Part shown: in pieces, positions 53,085-64,000 of the stretch
Layout: each line of letters begins with the position of its first letter
How positions within the stretch are numbered: the stretch's first letter is position 1
Source: Octopus vulgaris
Lineage: Eukaryota
Length of the DNA stretch: 64,000 nucleotides
Assembly (NCBI GenBank): GCA_951406725.2
Contig: OX597817.1
Span: 146,382,001-146,446,000, forward strand
Direction: 5' to 3'
Notes under the pieces: generated by a model
Seen by the model: only the letters and a program-made list of their open reading frames with translations
Database searches by the model: none
Told to the model about the DNA's origin: nothing
Translations under genes and position numbers: made by a program

Positions 53085-55130
53085 ATTATCTCCAACAGTT
53101 AACATATGTCATCAATGATGGCACAGGTTAGACTAGTAGTGCTCAACTGGGGTCTATATAAAACTTTTGGGGGTCTGCACAAGCAAAATAGTAAATTGAG
53201 GATTGACAGGAGTATTTTAAGGGTCCATGAAAAGGGAATTTTGCTTTTGATGTATTTATTGCAAGAAACAGTCAGGTTTCTTTCTCTAATGTTTGTCATA
53301 GTTTAACAGGTTTCTGGCAACTGAAACATGTTTTCTCAGAGAATACTATTGCAAACCATTACAAGTGAATGGATGAAAAATGAAATAAGAATTTTGAAAG
53401 AAGTATCTATCAAACTAGTTTTAAATCATTGAAGAGCTATGGGAGTTCATTAGAATAAAATGCTAATCAAAGGAGTCCATAGGTAAAAAAAAATGAGTAA
53501 TGGGTAAAGGCTCCCTTTGGTTGTGAATGACCATGGGATTGCACCTAGAAAGTTCCCCTCTGAGGCACAAGTCTGGGCAAAGTTGCCCATGCATACCATC
53601 TTCCCCACTCCATGCCTCTGATGTTAACGAAGGGAAACTCAAAGGCCGATACAGCTTGGCACCAGTGACTTCGCAACTCATTTCTACAGATGAGTGAACT
53701 GGTGCAACATGAAATAAAGTGTCTTGTTCAAGAATACAACACACAGCCTGATCTAAGAATTGAACTCACAACCTCATGATTGTCAGCCCACTGAGCCATG
53801 TGCCTTCATGAACTAAAAAAGTAATACAATATAAAAGCAACAAGAAAAGTAGGAGTGGCTGTGTGGTAAGTAGCCTGCTTACCAACCACATGGTTCTGGG
53901 TTCAGTCCCACTGCGTGGCACCTTGGGCTGACCAAAGCCTTGTGATTGGATTTGGTAGACAGAAACTGAGAGAAGCCGTCGTATATATATGTATGTGTGT
54001 CTGTGTTTGTCCCCCCAACATCGCTTGACAACCGATGGTGGTGTGTTTACATCCCCGTAACTTAGGGGTTCAGCAAAAGAGACCGATAGAATAAGTACTG
54101 GGCTTACAAAGAATAAGTCCTGGGGTTGACTTGCACGACTAAAAGCAGTGCTCCAGCATGGCCACAGTAAAATAAAAGCAACAAGAAAAGTGAAATACCT
54201 AAGGTGCTAATCACTGATATGAAGCATAATATGGTTTGTGGTAGTCTTAGTCAAGTGTTTGAGGGCAACTTTTAACAGAGATACATCATGAAGATCCTCA
54301 CCCCAGAAATAAATATTGTATTTATTCAATGAATGTCCAGTACATTGGGATCTTCACATTTCGTACCTAAAAATCACTCATATAATTTATCCTCCCTTTT
54401 TGCTTTAACCCTTTAGTATTTAAACCAGCCATATCCAGCCAAAATAGTTAATCTGTTTTATGTTCAAACTGACCAGATCCAGGCTCTCACACCTACCCTA
54501 CAATGTTATTCTACATTAAGAAATTACACCATCAAGCTCTTGAAGATATGAGATAATGCATGATTAACTCAGTGCTTCTAAGGTGGCACCAGCACACGTG
54601 AAGTTAGTTTTGACATGATTTTTACAGCTGGATGCCCTTCAAAACACCAGCCACATTACAGTGTGGATTGGATACTTTTAACGTGGCACCAGCACTGGCA
54701 GGGTAACCAAGTAATTCACAAGACAAGGAATTATGAGAGGGGCAGGGCATCTGAGGAGGGGGAACTTGTGTCAGAAGAAAAAAGGTTAGAGTGTGACAAA
54801 GAGACAGAGGGATAGAAGCAGGTGCCTTGCAACAACAGAGGGGAAGGGCTGTACGTATTTAAAATATATCGGTACGTTTAAACCTATATTTGAATTAGTG
54901 TTACATTATTTAATGTAGAAAGCATTGCAAAGCAAAACAGAATTATTTATAAAGAGAGGGTAAAAATATATTAGCAAATGACAAAAATATTTTTATATTA
55001 GCCACAATAAAAGAGACAACTACAGACATATTTTGATCTTATTATGGCCTCATCATCAAAGAACAGATTTCACCATACTTGCTGATGATCAAAAAATCAC
55101 TAAGTGTATGTACAAGGTATTGGTCTTATT

Positions 55131-55181
<51 letters not shown>

Positions 55182-58100
55182 TCTCGGAGTGTTGCCAGCC
55201 TCCTCTGGCTCCTGTGCCAGTGGCACATAAAAAGCACCCACTACACTCATGAAGTGGTTGGCGTTAGGAAGTGCATCCAGCTGTAGAAACACTGCCAGAT
55301 CTGACTGGCCTGGTGCAGCCTTCGGGCTCCCCAGACCCCAGTTGAACCGTCCAACCCATGCTAGCATGGAAAGCGGACGTTAAACGATGATGATGATGAT
55401 GATGATATATATATATATATAGAATACACACACACACACACCTTGTCATCATCATCATTGTTTAAACTTCTGTTTTCCATGCTAGCATGGGTTGGATGGT
55501 TCAACCGTGTCTGGGAAGCCAGGAGGCTGCACCCGGCTCCAGTCTGATCTGGCAGTGTTTCTACATCTGGATGCACTTCCTAACGCCAACCACTTCATGA
55601 GTGTAGTGGGTGCTTTTTATGTGCCACTGGCACAGGAGCCAGAGGAGGCTGGCAACAGCCATGATTGGTAGGTGCTTTTTACACGCCACTGGCAGATTCC
55701 TTCCTCATTAGTCTGACAAATACAGAAAAGACTATCCTTTACTGATAAGGTCTTAATAAGGCAGAAATATGTTCAGAGTTGCCTCCAATGCTTCTTGAAA
55801 AAAAAAAAAAAATAATGTATTATTGAGCCACATTTAGTTCTGCTGTAGAATAATATTGAGATTAGATTCTCAAATGTTATTACGTAAATTTGATTACGCT
55901 GCATTTATAGTTTCTGAAACATCTGGAAACTTTAAGCGTAACATTGAAAGCCTGTTGACGTTGACCATTTATGCCAGTGGCTGTTAGTTATATCTGTATA
56001 TAGGAAACTTGAGCAATGAATCATACACACACACATATTGGTTGTCAACTTGTAGACAAGTATGATCATCACTGACATATTATCTTTTCGTAGATGTTAA
56101 AGACAATGACTGTCAGCAATGCTTATGCTGAAATTTAAAACCAATAACAAAAAAAAAATAAATGCTCGCTTTTAAAGCCTAGCCAGGCTCATGGGCCTGG
56201 TTTCCCCAGTTTCAATGGCGTATGTGTTCCCCAGCTGGACGGGATGCCAGTCCATCGCAGTGTTACTCATTTTTGCCAGCTGAGTGGACTGGAGCAATGT
56301 GAAATGAAGTGTTTTGCTCAAGCACACAATGCGTCGCCCGGTCCAGGAATCGAAACCACAATCTTACGATCATGACGCTGACACCCTAACCACTAAGCCA
56401 TGCACCTCCACAAAACCAATAACAGCTTGCATAATATTGATAAGACTCACATTCAAAACCAAATCATCCAGAAACAAGCCAGAGCAAGATCTCTGGTTTC
56501 AAAATGAGGCAGGAGGAAGGTTTATCTCAGAAATCCTTTCTCCTAGAGAGAAGTCTAAACAAAGACTAGGGGCCTCTCACTCTCAGCTGTTGGATAGCCG
56601 CATTCTTTACTGAGTTCACCTGTCCTTTGACAGATTTTTCCTTTCATCCTGCAGCAAAATCTTCCTCCTTATCAAGGAGGATTGGTTTAGTCTTTGACAG
56701 CCCAATCATGCAAAAGTTTGTACTGGGTTACATTATACCTATTTCTTTATTACCCACAAGGGGCTAAACACAGAGAGGAAAAACAAGGACAGACAAACGG
56801 ATTAAGCTGATTATATCGACCCCAGTGCGTAACTGGTACTTATTTAATCAACCCCGAAAGGCTGAAAGGTAATTTGAACTCAGAACGTAGCGGCAGATGA
56901 AATACTGGTAAGCATTTCGCCTGACGTGCTAACGATTCTGCCAGCTCGCCGCCCTTCTGGGTTACATTATACCAATAACACTAACAGTGACCACACACAC
57001 ACACACACACACATAGTAACTTTAATAACCAACTGTGATATTCACATCAGTGTTAGCAACAAACCGATCAGCATATTAGTTATTGACAGTATTAACAAAA
57101 CCGTTTGGAGCTGTATTAGGCATTGCCCACGACTATGTACGGCATCATCTGTATTCAATGACTCTTTAGACATACCAAAGAATTACTGAATGACGATAAT
57201 TGACCATACATAGCAGCATTAATTAAAAGATGTCTCCATATAATAGAGAGAGGTCAGTGAGCATGAACTTGTATAATAATATTCAAACCTGTCATCATAG
57301 AATTTAGCTTTTAAATGTTTATGGATTTTCTTGCTTTTGACTTTTGGTAACCTACAAAATAATTCCTTTCACAAATTAGTCAATTGTGGGTAATAATAAT
57401 AATATCATCATCATCATCATCATCACTGCTGCTGCCACCGCCGCCACCACCACCATCATCATCGTTGTTTAATGTATATTTTTATTTTCCCATATTCGCA
57501 TGGTTCAAACAGAATTTGTTAAGGCAGATCTTCTATGGGTGGATATCATTCCTGTTGCTAACCCCAACTTGTTTCCAAGTAAGGAAATATTTCCCCCATG
57601 ACCAGAGAGACCAGACGTATTTTCTCAGAACACTAGAAATGAAGGACACCATTTGTATGCTGATTACACTAATTTATAATTACCACATAATATCGGGATA
57701 ATGAGACAGTAACACACACACTATAGGCTTCTTTCAGTATCCATCTACCAAATCTACTCACAAGGCTTTGTTCAACCCAGGGCTGCAGTAGAATACATTT
57801 GCCCAAGGTGGGATTGAACCTAAAACCATGTGGTTGGGATGCAAACCTCTTACCACACAGCCACAGCCAATATGCAGTAAATTATTATCCATATCCAATA
57901 TTATGGAGTATTATTGTGCAGAACATTGACATGAGATTGATTAAGAAGGAAAAAAGGACTTTGCAACTTTTATTATGCCCTGTCATCTGCTTAACAATTC
58001 TATCTGGCTCATGCAAGCATGGAAAAGTAGATTTTAAAATGATAATGATGATGAAAAAATATAGTTAGGAATTGTATATGGCATGGCCAGTGTAAACTGT

Positions 58101-59061
58101 GGGCATATCAAAGGTGTAGTGGAATCAAAGAAAGGGTGACAGAAAACATAGTCTCTAAAGTAGCACAAATGCAGTAAGCAGTATGACCAATTATATGTGA
58201 AATAGATTCTCTTAAATGCCCAAATAACTTTGAAAAAGGAGTGCACAACTTCTGTTACCCAAGGTGATCTAAATAGCATTGGTGGGAATACTCTTAGTAA
58301 GAGGAGTAAGAATATACTTAACCTAACCACTAGGCACATGACCAGATGGTTAGGATATTAGCCTCATGATTATAAGGTTATTGGTTCAATTCCTGAGCAG
58401 CAAATTGTACCATTTATTTATTTATTTATTCATTCACATTTATTTCTTTATTGCCCACAGGAGATTAAACAAAGAGGGGACAAAGACAAAGGGATTAAGT
58501 CGATTACATTGACCCCAGTGCGTAACTGGTACTTATTTAATTGACTCCCAAAAGGATGAAAGGCAAAGTTGACCTCGGTGGAATTTGAACTCAGAACATA
58601 AAGACAGATGAAATACCACTACATATTTTGCCTGGCGTGCTAATGTTTCTGCCAGCTTGCCACCGTCACCATTGTACCATTGAGCAAGGAGCTTCTTTCC
58701 ACTTTATTCACCAGAACTCAACTGCAGCTGTCTCTCTCTTCTTCCAGGCATCACATCCTTGATGTTCAGCTGAATCAAGGGTGGCATGCCAAGAGTCTAT
58801 CTATGTCTACTCACAACTACAAAGGCATCTAAACAGACAAGTGAAAGAATGATACAAGCTGCTAGGTCATACATGATTTTGACTGGCAGCATTTTGCTTT
58901 TCATTATCTTTTATCTGTTTCTTGTTTCAGTCATTAAACTGCAGCCATGCTGGGGCACCACCTTGAAGAATTTTTAGTCGAATAAATCAACCCCAGGACT
59001 TATTTCATTGGTGCGTATTGCTGAATTGCTAAGATACAGAAAGTGAAAGAAGCTCATTGTA

Positions 59062-59122
<61 letters not shown>

Positions 59123-59964
59123 GTGTGTATATGTTTGTGTGCCTGTGTTTGTCCCCCCAACATCGTTTGACAACTGATGGGGGTGTGTTTACGTCTCCGT
59201 AACTCAGCGATTCTGCAAAAGAGACCAATAGAATAAGTACTAGGCTTACAAAGAATAAGTCCTGGGGTCGATTTGCATGACTAAAGGTGGTGCTCCAGCA
59301 TGGCCACAGTCAAATGACTGAAACAAGTAAAAGAGTAAAGTAAGTTAGTTATCATTAAGCTAGTGTTAGGAATATAAATTGTGACTAAGGTTTGGTGGAA
59401 GATTTTAATTCAAAACTTATGAAAACAAGACATTTATACTAAAGAGCCAGAAGTGGTTGCAGCCAGGTTGGTAACGAAAGGGTTAAGAATGTACTGAGAT
59501 ACTTTATTATGTTGAAACTGTGGAGGCATTGAGCTGGCAGAATCATTAGCATGCCGGGCAAAATGCTCAGTGGCATTTTGCTTTTCTTTATGTTTTGAAT
59601 TCAAATGCTGTTGAGGTAAACTTTGCCTTTCATCCTCCTGGCGGTTGATAAAATAACATAAGACTGTAGTCATGGCTGATGCCAGTGTCAGGTTATTGGC
59701 ACCTGTGCTGGTAGAAAGTACCCACTGCACTCTTGAAGTGGTTGGCATTGGGAAAAACATCCAGCTGTAGAAACCTTGCCAAATCAGATCGGAACCTGGT
59801 GCAGATCCCGGCTTACCAGTTTTCAATTTAACCGTCCAACCCATGCCAGCATGGAAAGCAGACGTTAAATAATGATGATCATGATGATGATGATGAATAG
59901 TACTGGGGTTGATGTATATAACCCTTCCCCCAAAACTTCAGGCCTTGTACCTGTAGCAGAAATG

Positions 59965-60001
<37 letters not shown>

Positions 60002-60035
60002 TATCATCATATTATTATTATTATTATTATTATCA

Positions 60036-60077
<42 letters not shown>

Positions 60078-61625
60078 CATTATCATCATCATTATTATTA
60101 TTATTAGGTGGCAAACTGGCAGAATTGTTAGCACACTGAGCAAAATGCTTAGTGGTATTTCATGTGCCACTACATTCTGAATTCAAATTCTGCCAAGGTT
60201 GACTTTGCCTTTCATCTTTTCAGGGTCGATAAAATAAGTACCAGGCGAATGCAGGGGTCGATGTAATCGACTCATCCCCTCCCCTAAAACTGCTGCCCTT
60301 GTGGCAAAATTTGAAACCATTATTACTATTATTATGATTAAGGCGGCGAGCTGGCAGAATTGTTAGCATGCCGAACAAAATGCTTAGTGGTATTTTGTCT
60401 GTCTTTTCATTCTGAGTTCAAATTCCACTGAAGTCAACTTTGCTTTTCATCATTTCAGGATCAATAAATTAAGTACCAGATAAGTGCTGGGGTTGATGTA
60501 ATCGACTGTCCCCTTTCCCCAAATTCCAGGCCTTGTGCCTATAACAGAAAGGATTATTACCTCCATCAATAATACAACACTGCAGTTGTTTATTTGCAAC
60601 AGTTTAACCCTTTCATTACTGTATTTTTGTTTTTGAGATGCTCTGTGTTTCTTTCAATTAGTTTTCAACATAACAAAGAATTTAGTAAAATAACTTAGTT
60701 ATCATTAAGCCTTGTGCCTATATGTTTGTGTGTCTATGTTTGTCCCCCCCAACATCACTTGACAACCAATACTAGTGTGTTTACGTGACCGTAACTTAGC
60801 TGTTCGGCAAAAGAGACCAATAGAATAAGTACTAAGCTTACAAAGAATAAGTCCTGGGGTCGATTTGCTCGACTAAAGGTGGTGCTCCAGCATGGCCACA
60901 GTCAAATGACTGAAACAAGTAAAAGAGTAATGTGCCTTGGGAGAAGAAACTAAAGTACAATAAAATCAATGTGTTAAATCTGTGCATTAGTCTTATAAAT
61001 TCACCACGTGACTTCACATACCATCTGTTTGCTCAAGCACAGCTGAAACTATTCAGCAGTGACTTCTATGGTACTTCACTTACATACTACTTCCTTCACT
61101 TTGACTTCCACAACCTCATCCCTTATATCTATACAACGAGAGCAAAATCAAAGTTGTTGCCCTTGACATCACCAAAGCCACTAATTAATCTGATCTGATT
61201 ATCTTCCAACAAGCCACAAACCTCCATCTGTCTCTACTCATTTACAGTTATACGTTCCTCACAGAAGTTATTAATTCTTGGAAATAAAAGTAAAAAAAAA
61301 GTCCATCTTCCTAAAATATTTTTTTAGTCATTGTTTAACCCCAGGTCAAACTTGATCCATGAAACCTATGATCAAAAGCATTTCAACCATACTATTTTTT
61401 CAGGCGCATTACTCTTTTACTTGTTTCAGTCATTTGACTGTGGCCATGCTGGAGCACCACCTTTAATTGGGCAAATCGACCTCAGGACTTATTCTTTGTA
61501 AGCTTAGTACTTATTCTATCGGTCTCTTTTACTGAACCGCTAAGTTACGGTGATGTAAATACACCATCATCGGTTGTCAAGTGATGTTGGAGGGTCAAAC
61601 ACAGACACACAAACATACACACACA

Positions 61626-61666
<41 letters not shown>

Positions 61667-61954
61667 ACATACATACATGTATATATGATGGGCTTCTTTA
61701 AGTTTCCGTCTACCAAATCCACTCACAGCTTTGGTCAACCCGAGGCTATAGTAGAAGACACTTGCCCAAAGTGCCACGCAATGGGATTGAACCCGGAACC
61801 ATGTGGTTGGTAAACAAGCTACTTACCACACAGCAACTACATTATCTAATGTGTCTTTCCTTTTTTAAGATGTTAGGGAGGGATTTGAGATAGCAAATTG
61901 GCAAACATTAAAGTGTTAGCTAAAATGCCTTGTGGTATTTGTTCTAACTTTTTG

Positions 61955-62159
61955 TACTCTGAGTTCAAATCCTACCAAAATTGATCTTGCTTTTCACCCT
62001 TTTGGAGTCAATACAAGAATAGGGAGATCATCATCATCATCTTCATCATCATCATTGTTTAGCGTCCGTGATGATGATGATGATGATCTCCCTATTCTTG
62101 TATTGACTCCAAAAGGGTGAAAAGCAAGATCAATTTTGGTAGGATTTGAACTCAGAGTA
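61955..62159. repeat. Perfect inverted duplication (about 86-bp arms, about 30-bp spacer)
   Basis: tactctgagttcaaatcctacc...agggagatcatcatcatcat mirrored exactly by atgatgatgatgatctccct...ggtaggatttgaactcagagta. Confidence 0.95.
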
Positions 62160-62876
62160 TGGTTAAAACTGTAATAATACCAGACTGGATGTCTTGCAAT
62201 GTCTGTTTCAGATTTTGCATCCTTAATTCAAATCCCCACAAGACTACTTCAGTGATAAAGTCTATCAGCCTCACTGGCTCTCTATCTAATAAGTTATTGA
62301 TGTTTAGCTCTAAGCCAAGCCTAACTGAACAGACCTGTGATCAAAGGTAGTCCAAGCATGGCTACCTCATCTCTGTAGGAGCATGTAAAATTACATAATC
62401 TGTGTTTTTTTTATTTAAAATTGTTGATTGTGAAATAAAGGAGATTTGGCTGCTATTTTTGGTAGACTGACTATATAACAGCTTCCTTGATAGTTCATTG
62501 AGGCTCCCTTATGAAGTATGGTGGTCACGTCATTTAAGCTGTGAGAATAATATATTATCACGAACAATATTTGTTATATAAAATGTCAGAAGCTATTCCC
62601 AATAGATTAAGCTTGAAGGAGGTAAAATTCAGCATTTTAAATTTTTGGTTACTTTGTAAGGATGCAAACTTCACCAAAAGATTGTTTCTGCATAACATGT
62701 GCAAATGCTAACACTATACATTGTCGTCTGTATTACATTTCATTTCTCTTAGTAACTTCACAGAAATACTACATTATAACTTTATTAAAAATTCTACAAT
62801 ATTTCCCACAACACTCAACTATAACACCTTAAAACCTTTTGTCACTTCATATCAAATTTCTCTCTGTCTCTTTCTT

Positions 62877-62907
<31 letters not shown>

Positions 62908-63871
62908 CCCTCACCTGTATATAGAAACCAACCAGTTTCACTAAAGAAAAAATAAACAAAAGAACCGTTTATGTTAACTCTGCTCTAATGCACCAAATTA
63001 CAAATTATCGAACCTGACGAAGAAATTATCTCCCTTTATAATATCATTTTAAACCATTATTGTCAGCCTGACAAACTATAATTTGTTTTGCCTATGGCTC
63101 TTCACGAACAAATTTTACATAACTTATATATTTGGAATATTACAAGTAGAAGAGATATATAGAGTAAACTAATCACTTTTTGGTTTGGTTTATATGGTAG
63201 CTTACTGAATTCTAAACTGAAATCTTTGTGGAGAAGTGAAGAGAGCTCTCAAGACTGGAAGTGGAGAAATTATGTCATGTCAAAAAGTTGGACATTTGAA
63301 CAGCCTCTTTCTTCATCAGGACATCAATGGGAATAAACGTGTGGAAGGGATCTGTGAGGGAAAATAGTTTTTGGCTAAAGGTTGGGGTAATGTACTCTGC
63401 TTTGAGTTTGTCTTGACGTAAGAGCATCGTTATTTTTTACCTTATCCTTCTACAGTCTTACTAAAGTCTACGCGGGCTATTTTTATTCTTCTAAAACAGA
63501 GATGAGCAGATGTATTATCCTTTGTCACGAAGGAACACACGTACATTGTTGTTGTAGTGCATCAAATGCATTCAAGTTTTCTAAATATTCTGACATTCTT
63601 TTGATTTGCTACAAAAACTCATGACACACAATTATCAGGGTTTTTTTGACAACATTATCATAGTCCCCTGGGTAGAACAATGCCATGGGGTCACTATATA
63701 CACAACCACAGCTTGCATTGTGGTTGAAAAATTCTGTCATAGAATTTCCAGGGTTGATTTAATGGGTCGCTGGGCCCAAGTGGAATATATTGAGCTTACC
63801 GATTGTGATTCAACGTCGGTTTAACTACACCCTTGTTCAGAGCTCATTTGTATATGACAATTATCCCCCTC

Positions 63872-63937
63872 ATACTACTACTACTACTGCTACTGCTGCT
63901 GCTACTACTGCTACTTCTACTGCTGCTGCTACTACTA

Positions 63938-63982
<45 letters not shown>

Positions 63983-64000
63983 TCACCGCTGCCACCACTG
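63872..64000. repeat. (TAC/TGC)n microsatellite
   Basis: Visible directly. Confidence 0.95.

Noticed and set aside
56445-56660. Additional minus-strand exon ending at a GTGAGT donor near 56445
   Set aside because: All frames contain stops and the phase does not fit the supported exons.

Overview
Eukaryotic, AT-rich, very repeat-dense genomic DNA. The SINE/LINE families and abundant (TA)n/(ATC)n/(GGT)n microsatellites strongly suggest an Octopus (coleoid cephalopod) genome; this is my recognition, not a database result. Almost all ORFs in the supplied track are microsatellite or retroposon artefacts. Mobile content: three tRNA-headed SINE families, many 5'-truncated RTE-type LINE ends, a decayed near-complete hATm-type transposon (9.2-12.1 kb), a piggyBac transposase relic (48.6-50.1 kb), and Tc1/mariner, hAT, piggyBac and Merlin-like MITEs. 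There are also Penelope-type pieces, one of which is a TSD-flanked composite of a tRNA-like head and a hammerhead ribozyme core. Host-gene signal is sparse: a CpG-rich, probably divergent promoter at about 25.3-26.4 kb, two candidate plus-strand micro/small exons (33985-34017, 52425-52438), and the last two phase-compatible coding exons of an unidentified minus-strand gene (51063-51134, 47067-47139). No rRNA, bona fide tRNA gene or CRISPR array is supported. Repeat boundaries without TIR/TSD anchors are approximate.
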